A stretch of DNA of 64,000 bases, taken from contig OY820591.1 in the NCBI GenBank assembly GCA_963555985.3, positions 1,120,001 through 1,184,000 of the forward strand, in the 5' to 3' direction. The DNA is from Dehalococcoidia bacterium. GTDB lineage: Bacteria; Chloroflexota; Dehalococcoidia; Bin125. This document shows, in pieces, positions 50,375 to 60,012 of this stretch (position 1 is its first letter; the number at the start of each line of letters is the position of its first letter). The translations under genes were made by a program, and so were the position numbers. The notes under the pieces are model-generated. The model was given only the letters and a program-made list of their open reading frames with translations, was not told the DNA's origin and did no database searches.

Positions 50375-52105
50375 ATGTTGCAGCACGATGTCCTGATCGT
50401 CGGCTCCGGTCTCGCGGGAATGCGAGCCGCGCTAGAGGTGTCGAGCGACCCCAGTCTTGACGTCGCCATCCTCTCCAAGGTCCACCCGCTGCGTTCGCAT
50501 TCGGGCGCCGCGCAAGGCGGCATCGCGGCCTCACTGGGCAACTCAGCTGAGGACTCGTGGGACCTGCACATGTTCGACACTGTGAAGGGCGGCGACTTCC
50601 TCGTCGATCAGAACGCGGCTGAGCTGCTCGCCCGCGAGGGGCCGGAGAACATCTTCGAGCTTGAGCACATGGGCTGTGCCTTCTCCCGCGACGATCAGGG
50701 TCGCGTCGCCCAGCGGCGCTTCGGCGGGCACACCGCGCCGCGCGCCTGCTACGCCGCTGACCGCACTGGCCACGCCGTCTTGACCGTGCTCTTCGAGCAG
50801 CTCTTGCGGCGCGGCGTTAAGGTCTACAGCGAGTGGTACGCGCTTGACCTCATCGTCCGCGATCGGGTCTGTCAGGGCATCGTCGCCTACGACATTCTCA
50901 GCGGACAGATTGAGGCGATCGCCGCCAAGGCCGTCATGTTTGGTACGGGCGGCTACGGGCGCGCCTTCCGCGTCACCACCAACGCCTTCGCCTCCACTGG
51001 CGATGGCGTGGTCATGGCCTACCGCGCAGGCATCCCGCTCGAAGACATGGAGTTCGTCCAGTTCCACCCGACCGGATTGCAAGGGTCGGGAATTCTGCTC
51101 TCCGAGGCGGCTCGCGGCGAGGGCGCCCACATCGTCAACTCCGACGGCTTCCGCTTCATGGAGAACTACGCGCCCGGCCGCATGGAGCTCGCCCCGCGCG
51201 ACATCGTGGCTCGGGCAGAGCAGTCGGAGATCGAGGCCGGACGCGGTGTGACGGAGCTTCGGGATTCGGTCTTCATGGATCTGCGCCCGATCGGCGAAGA
51301 GCGGATTCGCTACGCGCTTCCCTCCGTCCTCCATCTCGCCCGCGACTTCGCCGGCATTGACCCGCTCGAAGCGCCGGTACCGATCCAGCCAACCGCCCAC
51401 TACTCGATGGGCGGCATCCCCTGCGACATCCACGGCCAGGTGCGCATCAAAGACGAATCCGGCGCGCCCGAGATCACCGGCTTTTTCGCCGCCGGTGAAG
51501 CCTCCTGCGTCTCCGTGCACGGAGCCAACCGCTTGGGCACGAACTCGCTCCTCGAAGCGGTGGTCTTTGGTCGTCGCGCCGGACGCGGCATCCTCAATGT
51601 CGTGCACGACCTCGAACCGACGTCGATCAGCGAAGGCGACATGCAGCAGGCGATCGGCGAGGTTGACGGACTACTCACCGCCGAGGGCAGCGAGAAGGTT
51701 GGACAGATCCGGGCTGAACTGCGCGACACGATGATGGACAAGTGCGGTGTCTTCCGCGACGAAGCCGAACTGATCGAGTGCCTGGGCGAGGTCAAGGACT
51801 ACCAAGATCGCTATCGGAACGCCGCGATCGACGACAAAGGCTCGACCTTTAACACCGATCTGCTCGACGCGATCGAGCTGGGGCACATGCTCGAGTACTC
51901 GGAAGTGATCATCGCCGGCGCGCTCGCTCGCCAGGAATCGCGCGGCGGACACGCACGCCGCGACTTCCCCAACCGCGACGACGAGAACTGGTTCCGGCAC
52001 ACGCTCGCCTACCGCGAGGAGGACGCGCCGCGGCTTGAGTACTGCGAGGTCAACATGGAGCCGCAATTCCGCGAACCGTTCCCGCTCCAGGAGCGAACCT
52101 ACTAG
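50375..52105 (+). CDS. sdhA: Succinate dehydrogenase/fumarate reductase flavoprotein
   Basis: [10 protein letters not shown] (covalent FAD His), [29 protein letters not shown]. Confidence 0.96.
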   Translation: MLQHDVLIVGSGLAGMRAALEVSSDPSLDVAILSKVHPLRSHSGAAQGGIAASLGNSAEDSWDLHMFDTVKGGDFLVDQNAAELLAREGPENIFELEHMGCAFSRDDQGRVAQRRFGGHTAPRACYAADRTGHAVLTVLFEQLLRRGVKVYSEWYALDLIVRDRVCQGIVAYDILSGQIEAIAAKAVMFGTGGYGRAFRVTTNAFASTGDGVVMAYRAGIPLEDMEFVQFHPTGLQGSGILLSEAARGEGAHIVNSDGFRFMENYAPGRMELAPRDIVARAEQSEIEAGRGVTELRDSVFMDLRPIGEERIRYALPSVLHLARDFAGIDPLEAPVPIQPTAHYSMGGIPCDIHGQVRIKDESGAPEITGFFAAGEASCVSVHGANRLGTNSLLEAVVFGRRAGRGILNVVHDLEPTSISEGDMQQAIGEVDGLLTAEGSEKVGQIRAELRDTMMDKCGVFRDEAELIECLGEVKDYQDRYRNAAIDDKGSTFNTDLLDAIELGHMLEYSEVIIAGALARQESRGGHARRDFPNRDDENWFRHTLAYREEDAPRLEYCEVNMEPQFREPFPLQERTY

Positions 52106-52110
52106 GCCGC

Positions 52111-52170
52111 AGCCGAACAGAATCGAACAGATCCGAACGCAGGCGAACAGCAACGAACGGGCGCGAACAT
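52111..52170 (+). repeat. Six CGAAC motifs in exact 10-bp phase between sdhA and sdhB
   Basis: AGCCGAACAG AATCGAACAG ATCCGAACGC AGGCGAACAG CAACGAACGG GCGCGAACAT. Confidence 0.85.
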
Positions 52171-53224
52171 GGCTGAGCAGGAATTCATCATCCAGCGCTA
52201 CGACCCCGACACCGACGAGTCCTACGAGGAGTCGTTCAACGTTGAGGTACAGCCCGGACAGACGGTGCTGGATAGCCTCAACGCGATCAAGTGGGAGCAG
52301 GACGGCACACTCTCCTTCCGCATGTCCTGCCGCCACGCGATCTGCGGCTCCTGCGCCATGAAGATCAACGGTCAATCGATGCTCTCCTGCCAAACACAGG
52401 TCGATACAGCCGCAGAGCGCGGTGATCCGATCCGCGTCGGCCCGCAAGGGAACCAGAACGTGATCAAGGACTTGGTCGTCGACGTGTCCAAGTTTCTGCA
52501 CCAATTCGAACGTGCGCAGACCTGGCTGGAACCGTACGAAGATCAGGAACCGCCCCAGAAGGAATACCGCCAAAACGTGGAAGAGTTCGACCACTGGTCG
52601 CACGCCTCCACCTGCATCCACTGCGGTGCCTGCTACTCCGACTGCACCGTCGCCGCCGTGGACGAGAACTTCCTCGGCCCGGCTGCGCTCGCCAAGGCCT
52701 ATCGCTTCGTGATGGACAGCCGCGACTCCAAGCGCGAGGAACGTCTCCAATACCTCACCGAAACCGAAGGCGGCATCTGGGACTGCACCCGCTGCTACAT
52801 GTGCGTGCAGGCCTGCCCCAAGGACGTGCTGCCGATGGACGCGATCATGGAGCTGCGAACGCTCGCGATCGAGGCCGGCCACACCAACAATCACGGCACA
52901 CGCCATCACCAAGGATTCACGAGCGGCGTGCGTAAGCGTGGGCGTCTGGATGAGATGTCTTTGCCCGTCCAGTCGGTCGGCCTCGCCCGGCTGCTGACCC
53001 TGAATCCCGCCGCCCACAAGGAGATGATGGACTACACGCCCGGAGCGATCCGGCTGCTGAAGTCGCGCAAACTCCTCACGATCGCCCAGCGGCACGGCGC
53101 AAACGCCGAAGGCCGCGAACAGATCGAGCGCATCTTTGAAGAGGTCGAAACCGAAAAGCACCACCACGATGTCGACGCTGACGCCTTCGGCGCGGAGTTC
53201 GAGACCGCGCTCGGCAGCGGCTAG
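52169..53224 (+). CDS. sdhB: Succinate dehydrogenase iron-sulfur subunit (type E, C-terminally extended)
   Basis: CRHAICGSC (2Fe-2S), CIHCGACYSDC, CTRCYMCVQACP. Confidence 0.94.
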   Translation: MAEQEFIIQRYDPDTDESYEESFNVEVQPGQTVLDSLNAIKWEQDGTLSFRMSCRHAICGSCAMKINGQSMLSCQTQVDTAAERGDPIRVGPQGNQNVIKDLVVDVSKFLHQFERAQTWLEPYEDQEPPQKEYRQNVEEFDHWSHASTCIHCGACYSDCTVAAVDENFLGPAALAKAYRFVMDSRDSKREERLQYLTETEGGIWDCTRCYMCVQACPKDVLPMDAIMELRTLAIEAGHTNNHGTRHHQGFTSGVRKRGRLDEMSLPVQSVGLARLLTLNPAAHKEMMDYTPGAIRLLKSRKLLTIAQRHGANAEGREQIERIFEEVETEKHHHDVDADAFGAEFETALGSG

Positions 53225-53263
53225 CTCGAGCCATCCAGAGAGACGCATCTGAGGGAGCGGTCG

Positions 53264-54139
53264 ATGAAGTACGCATTCTGGCCTGGCTGTGTCGCGCGAG
53301 GGGCAGCGCCCGAGCTCTACACCTCTACGCTCGCGGTAGCGGAACATCTCGGCATGGACCTGGTCGAACTTGAGGCGGCGGCCTGCACCGGCGCGGGCAT
53401 CATCTCCGACGGCGAACCCTACCTCCAAGACGTGCTCAACGCGCGCACGATGGCGATGTCCGAGCAGATGGACTTGCCGCTGATGGATATCTGCTCCACC
53501 TGTGTCGGCGTCCACCGGCTCGCGGCGGAGAAACTTCGCAACGTCGATTACCGCATCCGCATCAACCACCACCTCAAGCCGGAGGGGCTTGAGTTTCGGG
53601 GTTCGGCCGACCCGCGCCACCTGCTTTGGATCCTGCTGGAGGATGTGGGGATCGACCGAATCAACTCGCTGATCAGACGACCGCTCGAAGAGCTCAACCT
53701 CGGCCCGTTCTACGGCTGTTACCTCGTCCGGCCTGAGCGCACGCTCGACTTCGACGCGCACCCGACTCGCCGCGACAGCCTCGAGCAACTGATTGACCTG
53801 CTCGGCGCGACCACTGTCACCTACGACGGCATGACCAAGTGCTGCGGCTTCCCCATCCTGACCATGAACAAGAAGAACTCGCTGACGATGGCGGGAACGC
53901 ACCTGAACGAGGCCCAGTCGCTGGGCGCCGATGCGCTCGTCACGCCTTGCCCGCTCTGCCACCTCAACCTCGACGCGCAGCAGCCTGACGCAGCCAAAGT
54001 GATCGACCGGCGGCTCAACCTGCCCATCCTGCATGTCCCGCAGCTACTCGGTCTGGCGATGGGAATTGAGCCGGAGAAGCTGGGCCTCACGCGGCACGTG
54101 GTGGACACCCGCAACCTGCTCAACAAGATCGGGGTTTAG
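53264..54139 (+). CDS. CCG-domain HdrB/SdhE-like subunit
   Basis: FWPGC, ACTG, CSTC, FYGC, KCCG, TPCPLCHLNLD; follows sdhAB. Confidence 0.9.
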   Translation: MKYAFWPGCVARGAAPELYTSTLAVAEHLGMDLVELEAAACTGAGIISDGEPYLQDVLNARTMAMSEQMDLPLMDICSTCVGVHRLAAEKLRNVDYRIRINHHLKPEGLEFRGSADPRHLLWILLEDVGIDRINSLIRRPLEELNLGPFYGCYLVRPERTLDFDAHPTRRDSLEQLIDLLGATTVTYDGMTKCCGFPILTMNKKNSLTMAGTHLNEAQSLGADALVTPCPLCHLNLDAQQPDAAKVIDRRLNLPILHVPQLLGLAMGIEPEKLGLTRHVVDTRNLLNKIGV

Positions 54140-54155
54140 GCAGCCTCGAACGCAA

Positions 54156-54191
54156 CCGCGCCTCCGCCGTACAGGACCGGCGGAGGCGCGG
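54156..54191. terminator. GC-rich hairpin between convergent operons
   Basis: CCGCGCCTCCGCCG-loop-CGGCGGAGGCGCGG, 14-bp stem. Confidence 0.65.
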
Positions 54192-54337
54192 AGCAGACAG
54201 TAGGAGGGCGGCCAAACGGGGGTTTCAGCCGGCGGGGGCGACCGTCGGCAGGCGGGCGGGGTGACAGTTAGACCGTCCGGCCGTCACGGGCCCTCCAGCC
54301 AGTACAACGACGGCGGGCCGCAATAGGTTCCCAGCCG

Positions 54338-55294
54338 CTACGCCCCAGCCCCTGTCCCCCGCAGGCGCGGGTCGAGGATGTCGCGCAGGGCGTCGCCGAA
54401 GACGTTGAAGGCGAAGACGACCAGCGTGATCGCAAAGCCGGGCGCGAGCGTCAGCCACGGCCAGCGGGGAATGTTCCCGCGCTGGGTCGCTTCGAGCAAG
54501 ACGAACCCCCAGGTTGGATTCTCTGCCGAGTTCGCGCCCAGGGCGAGGAATGAGAGTGCAGCCTCGGCGAGGATGGTACCGCCGATCGTGACCGTCGCCA
54601 GCACCATGATCGGGGCGACGATGTTGGGCACGATGTGGCGCAGCACGATCCGGGGGGAGGACGCCCCGATCGCTTTGGCCGCCTCGACGTAGGTGTATTC
54701 CTTGATCGAGAGCACCGTGCCCCGAATCACACGCTGTGTCCCGGGTATCAGGAAGATCACAATCACAAAGACGACGGTGCCGATCCCGGGTGACATCATC
54801 GTGACCAGCACCATCATCAAGACCAGCGGAGGTAAGGCCTGCATCGAGTCGGAGACGCGCTGGGTGAAGAGATCGCCCACGCCGCCGATATAGGCCGAGA
54901 TGGTGCCGATCAGGGTCCCGATCGCGATCCCGATCCCGGTGGCGGCGATCCCGATGATCATTGCCGTGCGGGCGCCGAAGATGACGCGGCTGAAGAGGTC
55001 GCGCCCGATCGCATCGGTGCCGGCGATATGGTCGGGCCACGAGGGCGCGGCCAGTTTGTTCAGCACGTCGGCCTGCTCGGCCGGGTAGGGTGCAAAGCCG
55101 GGCACGATCGTGTTGCCGTAGGCCGAGATGTCCTGGCCGAACAGGGCGGTCACGATCAGGATGAAGATGATCCCCGCCCCCAGCGCCCCCAGCGGGCGCT
55201 GGCGAGCCATCCGGCCCAGGCGGCGCATCCGGCTTGGTCCAGCCACCGGCAGAGCGGCGGCGATCTCGTCAGCGGTGCCGGCGGCGGTGGCCAT
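54338..55294 (-). CDS. Peptide ABC transporter permease (DppC-like)
   Basis: GTDAIGRDLFSR, YVEAAKAIGAS, FNVFGDALRDILDPRLR. Confidence 0.93.
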   Translation of the reverse strand: MATAAGTADEIAAALPVAGPSRMRRLGRMARQRPLGALGAGIIFILIVTALFGQDISAYGNTIVPGFAPYPAEQADVLNKLAAPSWPDHIAGTDAIGRDLFSRVIFGARTAMIIGIAATGIGIAIGTLIGTISAYIGGVGDLFTQRVSDSMQALPPLVLMMVLVTMMSPGIGTVVFVIVIFLIPGTQRVIRGTVLSIKEYTYVEAAKAIGASSPRIVLRHIVPNIVAPIMVLATVTIGGTILAEAALSFLALGANSAENPTWGFVLLEATQRGNIPRWPWLTLAPGFAITLVVFAFNVFGDALRDILDPRLRGTGAGA

Positions 55295-55302
55295 ACTCGC
55301 TC

Positions 55303-56265
55303 CTAGCTGTAGCGAATGCGCGGGTCAATCGCCGCGTAGCTGAGGTCAACGATGAGGTTGATCAGGACGACGCCAAAGCCGATCACAACGACGATCCCGA
55401 CCACTTGCGAGAAGTCGGCCCGCCGAATCGACGTCACCAGCATGGCTCCGATCCCGTTGATCCGGAAGATGTACTCGACGATCACCGCGCCCGAGATCAG
55501 GAAGGCGAACTGATTGCCGAAGATCGTGAGCACCGGAATGAACGAGTTGCGCAAGGCGTGGTGCATCACCACCGCTCGTTCAGACAGACCCTTGGCGCGC
55601 GCGGTGCGCACATAATCCTCGTGTACGACCTCGAGCAACTGCGAGCGCTGCATCCGCATCAGAGTCGCCATCAGCGACGCGCCCAGCACCAGCGAAGGCG
55701 CGATGAACGCCTTCAGGTTGGTGACCGGATCGTCCCAGATGTACGGCGACGGCAACGTGGCTAACGAGAGGTTGAACCAGTCGGCCGCGAACGCCACCAC
55801 CAAGATCGCGAGTAGGAAGTTGGGGATCGCTAACCCCAGAATCGTGAAGATTCGCCCTCCGTAGTCCGCGGCGGAGTCCTGACGCACCGCCGAGATAATC
55901 CCGACCGGAATCGCGATGATGAACGCCAACAAGCTTGCAATGATCACCAGCTCGATGCTGCGAGGTAAGCGAATCTTGATTTCGTTGAGCACGCTTTCGG
56001 ACGTGGCGAAGGACCGTCCAAGGTCGCCCTGCAGCGCATTCCAGAGCCAGTCGCCGTAGCGCTCCAGCACCGGTTTGTCGAGTCCCAGCTCGCGGTTGAA
56101 ACGGTCGATCAGATCCTGCGTAATCGCGCCGCCCTGCGGACTCTCGGAGAGCAGCCGTTCGGCCGTGCTGCCGGGGAAGGCGTTCACGAGCATGAACGAG
56201 ATCAGCGAGAGGATAAAGACGACGATGATGACGCCGATCAGGCGACGGAAGATATAGCCGCTCAC
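55303..56265 (-). CDS. Peptide ABC transporter permease (DppB-like)
   Basis: GTG start VSGYIFRRL, GDLGRS, EDYVRTARAKGL, DPRIRY. Confidence 0.93.
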   Translation of the reverse strand: MSGYIFRRLIGVIIVVFILSLISFMLVNAFPGSTAERLLSESPQGGAITQDLIDRFNRELGLDKPVLERYGDWLWNALQGDLGRSFATSESVLNEIKIRLPRSIELVIIASLLAFIIAIPVGIISAVRQDSAADYGGRIFTILGLAIPNFLLAILVVAFAADWFNLSLATLPSPYIWDDPVTNLKAFIAPSLVLGASLMATLMRMQRSQLLEVVHEDYVRTARAKGLSERAVVMHHALRNSFIPVLTIFGNQFAFLISGAVIVEYIFRINGIGAMLVTSIRRADFSQVVGIVVVIGFGVVLINLIVDLSYAAIDPRIRYS

Positions 56266-56352
56266 TGGTGTACGCCTCGGCTTCCCGCTCTCTTGCCGGA
56301 CACACGCGACGCCTGTCCGGACCACTCAGTGGTCGCCGTTCGCGGTTGTGGA

Positions 56353-58392
56353 TTAGGCATCCGCGCGCGGGAATTCGGGGAAGTTCTTCCAGATCCTCTC
56401 GGTGTTGGTCGCGCCCCAGCCGGGGTTCCAGGCGTTGTAGGTGTCCATCTCGTTGAACAGGTAGCCGCGCCGCGCCGCGATCCGGTAGGGGTTGACGGCG
56501 AAGATGCGCCACATGTTCTCGAGCTCGCGCACGCGGATCTTCTCGAGAATCTCCGAGCGCTTGTTGACGTCGAGCTCCTGGCGCTGTTCCAGGCACCACT
56601 GGTCGACATCCGGCTCCGAGATGCCGTAGAAGTTGCCCGGACTCTCGCTGTGCAGCTTGCCGTAAGAGAGTCCGTCGGCGTCCATCTCCGCGCCGATCAG
56701 CCAGGTGAACAGCGAGTCCTTGAAGTCGCGCGTGATCAGCCGCCCCAACCAAGTTTCGAGGTCGACCTGGAAGTGGTTGACCTGAATGCCGAGGTTCGTG
56801 TTCCACTGCTGGCGGCAGAGCTCGAACAGGTTCAGGTAGACGCCCGCGACGGCGTGGAAGGTCGCCTCGAACTCGAGCGGGTTGTCCTCGTTGTAGCCGG
56901 CGGCATCGAGCAGCTGTCGCCCCCTGGCGGCGTCGAAGTCGCCGAACTCGCCCAACTCGGCCGGAGTCCAGGGCCACTCGCGGAAGCCCCAGGGCGATTC
57001 GAGGTCTTCGAAGAAGGTCCAGTTCTGGCCGTAACCGGCGGCGGCGAGGCCGTCGTAGACGCCCAGCTTCTGCTCTTCGCGGTTCAGTCCGACCGCGAGC
57101 GCCTGGCGCACGCGGATGTCGTTGAAGGGCGGCTCGTCAAGGTTGTGGAAGGACAGGTAGGGCTGCCAGCCGGGAGGCGGCGCGCAGACCTGTACGGTCG
57201 AATCCGGTTGCGTCTCAAACACGCGCTCCAAGTCGGCCAGGTCCTGAACCGTGAGCCGGTCGATCACATCGCTTTCCCAGGCAGCCCACTCGGACTCGCG
57301 CTGGTTGACGAAGTCGGGGCCGTGCAGACCGTCCATGTAGGGCAGCTGGTTGCCGTTGCGCGGGTCCTTCTTGAAGTAGGTCGGGTTCTTCGACGCTTTC
57401 CACTCCGCGCCCTGTTCCACGAAATCGAGGACGAAGGGACCGGTGCCGACCGTGTTGCGCCAGTCGTCGAGCACGGTGTAGTCGGTTGTGATGAACTCCG
57501 GCGCCGCGATCACGTGGAACGGGTTCATCATGTTGTTGAGCAGGTAGGCTGCCGGCTCCAACAGGTTGAAGCGGACCGTGTTGGAGGCGTTGTCGAAGCC
57601 GATGTCCTTGACCGCCGTGTACGAAGACGCCTGCACCGGGACCGGGTCGACTTCGCCCTCATGCGCCAGGAATGAACCGTCGCGCAGCGCGTCATAGGCG
57701 ATCTTCACGTCCTCGGCGGTCAGCGCGCGCCCGTTCAGCGGCGGCTTGTCCTGCCACTTGACCCCGTCGTGAATGGTGAAGACCACGGTCAGCTCGTCGG
57801 GGATCTCCCATGCCTCGGCGACGTCGCCTTCCAGCTCGTAGTAGTGCGCGTTGGCCCAGTCGTCCATCGGGAAGACGACCAACTGCGAATAGAACATCGG
57901 TGCAAAGGCGGCCATGATGTTCGCCTGCGGCCCGACCACGTTCCAGTTGGCCACCGGCAGGTGAGCGAGCGTCCAGGTACCGCCGTAGCGTGGGCCGTCC
58001 GCCTGACCGGGGAGATTTTGCAGCTTGCTCCAGTGATAGCGGAGGCGATACTCCTCCTCCGGCGTCATCGTCATCGCCTCTTCTTGGGCAGTCAACTGAC
58101 CGGGAAGCAGCTTCACCGACTCCTCTTCGGCGGCTTCCTGCTGCGTCGCCGCCTGCTGCGCCGCCGCCTGCTGGGCTTGCTGCTGCGCCTGCTGCTGCGC
58201 GGCGGGCTGAGGCTGCGCCTGCTGCTGCGGTTGAGCCTGAGCTGCCGCCGGCTGGCCGTCGTCATCATCATCCCCACAGCCGACCAAGGCCAAACCGGTG
58301 GCGCCCACGCCAGCCCGAGCGGAGGCGCTCATCAGCGCCCGACGGCTCATTCGCTTCCGGCGCATTCGCGTCCAATAGTTCTGTTCTGACAT
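56353..58392 (-). CDS. ABC transporter substrate-binding protein (family 5), Tat-exported lipoprotein
   Basis: ATG 58392; MSRRALM twin-arginine motif, LVGC lipobox, Q/A linker, PPLNGRALTAEDV, GTGPF, PFNDIRVRQAL. Confidence 0.92.
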   Translation of the reverse strand: MSEQNYWTRMRRKRMSRRALMSASARAGVGATGLALVGCGDDDDDGQPAAAQAQPQQQAQPQPAAQQQAQQQAQQAAAQQAATQQEAAEEESVKLLPGQLTAQEEAMTMTPEEEYRLRYHWSKLQNLPGQADGPRYGGTWTLAHLPVANWNVVGPQANIMAAFAPMFYSQLVVFPMDDWANAHYYELEGDVAEAWEIPDELTVVFTIHDGVKWQDKPPLNGRALTAEDVKIAYDALRDGSFLAHEGEVDPVPVQASSYTAVKDIGFDNASNTVRFNLLEPAAYLLNNMMNPFHVIAAPEFITTDYTVLDDWRNTVGTGPFVLDFVEQGAEWKASKNPTYFKKDPRNGNQLPYMDGLHGPDFVNQRESEWAAWESDVIDRLTVQDLADLERVFETQPDSTVQVCAPPPGWQPYLSFHNLDEPPFNDIRVRQALAVGLNREEQKLGVYDGLAAAGYGQNWTFFEDLESPWGFREWPWTPAELGEFGDFDAARGRQLLDAAGYNEDNPLEFEATFHAVAGVYLNLFELCRQQWNTNLGIQVNHFQVDLETWLGRLITRDFKDSLFTWLIGAEMDADGLSYGKLHSESPGNFYGISEPDVDQWCLEQRQELDVNKRSEILEKIRVRELENMWRIFAVNPYRIAARRGYLFNEMDTYNAWNPGWGATNTERIWKNFPEFPRADA

Positions 58393-58491
58393 CGCTCTCT
58401 CCTTCTCAACGCGACGTGTGCCGACACGTCCCGCGCGTAGGTGCGGGTAAGATAGCGTCTTGCCAGTCAAATTGCTACGAGGGGCGGAAAC

Positions 58492-59007
58492 ATGCCGGAA
58501 CGCGACCGTGCCGACACCGACCCGGAGGCGATTGAAGCGCGAGTCCGCGATTCCCTCGCCGACGCCGACATTCCTTACGAGACCATCGCCTGCCGCCCGG
58601 ATCAGGCGGACACGTCCGTCTTCTGCGAAGTCTTCGGGATCGCGCCGGAAGCCTCGGTCAATACGATCTTGGTCGCCTCCAAGAAAGCCCCCAAGACATA
58701 TGCCGCCTGTCTCGTGCTGGCCAACACGCGCCTTGACGTCAACCGCACCGTGCGCAAGGAGATGGGCGTGCGCAAGTGCTCATTCGCTTCGTTCGAGGAG
58801 ACTGAGGCCGTGACCGGCATGATCTCCGGCGGCGTGACCGCGTTCGCGCTGCCGCCCGAAATTCCGATTCTGATCGACGCGCGCATCCGCGGTTCCGAGA
58901 CCATGTGGCTGGGCGGCGGCAGCCGCTCATTGAAGGTCGGCGTGGCCGCCGACGATCTCGCACGCTTGCCCAATGCGCGCATCGTCGAGGGGCTGGCAAC
59001 TGGCTGA
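58492..59007 (+). CDS. YbaK/EbsC family (aminoacyl-tRNA deacylase-like) protein
   Basis: 'KCSFAS..ET...TGMISGGVTAF', 'GGGSRSLK'. Confidence 0.88.
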   Translation: MPERDRADTDPEAIEARVRDSLADADIPYETIACRPDQADTSVFCEVFGIAPEASVNTILVASKKAPKTYAACLVLANTRLDVNRTVRKEMGVRKCSFASFEETEAVTGMISGGVTAFALPPEIPILIDARIRGSETMWLGGGSRSLKVGVAADDLARLPNARIVEGLATG

Positions 59008-59015
59008 CCGGCCAG

Positions 59016-60008
59016 TTAGCCGAGCTCCCGCTCCAGTCTGAGAATCTCCTCGAGCGGAGTCTCGCCGACTCCTTCTCCCGCAATCAGCGCGCGCTTGGCG
59101 GCGATCTGCAAGGCGCGGTTCGCCGGCGTGGGCACGCCGTGCTCTAAACCGAGCAGCGCGATCTCGCCGTTCAGCCAATCCGTCTCAATGCTGGGTACCC
59201 CGCGCCGGAACGACTGCCAGGTCGAACTGCCGCCCCGTTCGACCCCCTCAATCTCGCCAGACGTAAACGTCGCCTTGCGCCGCTCGCCAATCTCGGCGCG
59301 TGGCGCGTAATCAATCCCCGCCGCCTCATAACAGGCGATCGCCTCATCGCGCATCCGTCGCATAAAGGCGCGTACATCGTCGCTGCCTACCCGCAGCGCC
59401 CGCTCACCGCAGAGCGCTCCAACCGCATTACCCAGATTGTCGAGTAACTTGCCGTACTTCAACCGCATCACGTCCGGGTCGGGCTGCGCGTTGAAGCCCG
59501 CCGCTGAGAGATCGGCGCAGAGCTGCGTGACGGTCTGATCGACGCCCTGCGGAAAACGGCCGCTGTCAAGCAACCCCGGCTTGGGCGCGCCGAAGAGCGC
59601 AATCTCGCCCGCCACCAGGAAGGTCGCGGGCATCACCACCAGCATCCCGTAGACGTTCAGAAACCGCCGCGCCGCTGTGCGCTCGTTGCCGACCCCGTTC
59701 TGTCCACAGACGATCGGTATCTCCAAACCCGCCGTCCGCTCAAGATCGTCGAGCGCTGACGCCGTGTCCTGCCCCTTCATGGTCAGGATCACGACATCAC
59801 CGTCCCGAAAGTCGATCTCCGAAGGATGTCCGACGGCGCTCACGCCAATCCGCTGAGCCTCGTGCGGCGTGCGGATGAGCAGTCCGTTCTCTTGCATCGC
59901 CAGCAGATGCGCGCCCCGTGCGATCAGAACGACCTCGCAGCCGGCTAGTTGCAGCAGGCCGCCGATACCCGCGCCAATCCCGCCGGCCCCATAGACGATG
60001 TAACGCAC
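59016..60008 (-). CDS. Ketopantoate reductase (PanE/ApbA) family protein
   Basis: YGAGGIG, ARGAHL, QNGV, KYGKLLDN, SSTWQS, ETDWLNGEI. Confidence 0.88.
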   Translation of the reverse strand: MRYIVYGAGGIGAGIGGLLQLAGCEVVLIARGAHLLAMQENGLLIRTPHEAQRIGVSAVGHPSEIDFRDGDVVILTMKGQDTASALDDLERTAGLEIPIVCGQNGVGNERTAARRFLNVYGMLVVMPATFLVAGEIALFGAPKPGLLDSGRFPQGVDQTVTQLCADLSAAGFNAQPDPDVMRLKYGKLLDNLGNAVGALCGERALRVGSDDVRAFMRRMRDEAIACYEAAGIDYAPRAEIGERRKATFTSGEIEGVERGGSSTWQSFRRGVPSIETDWLNGEIALLGLEHGVPTPANRALQIAAKRALIAGEGVGETPLEEILRLERELG

Positions 60009-60012
60009 GCGG

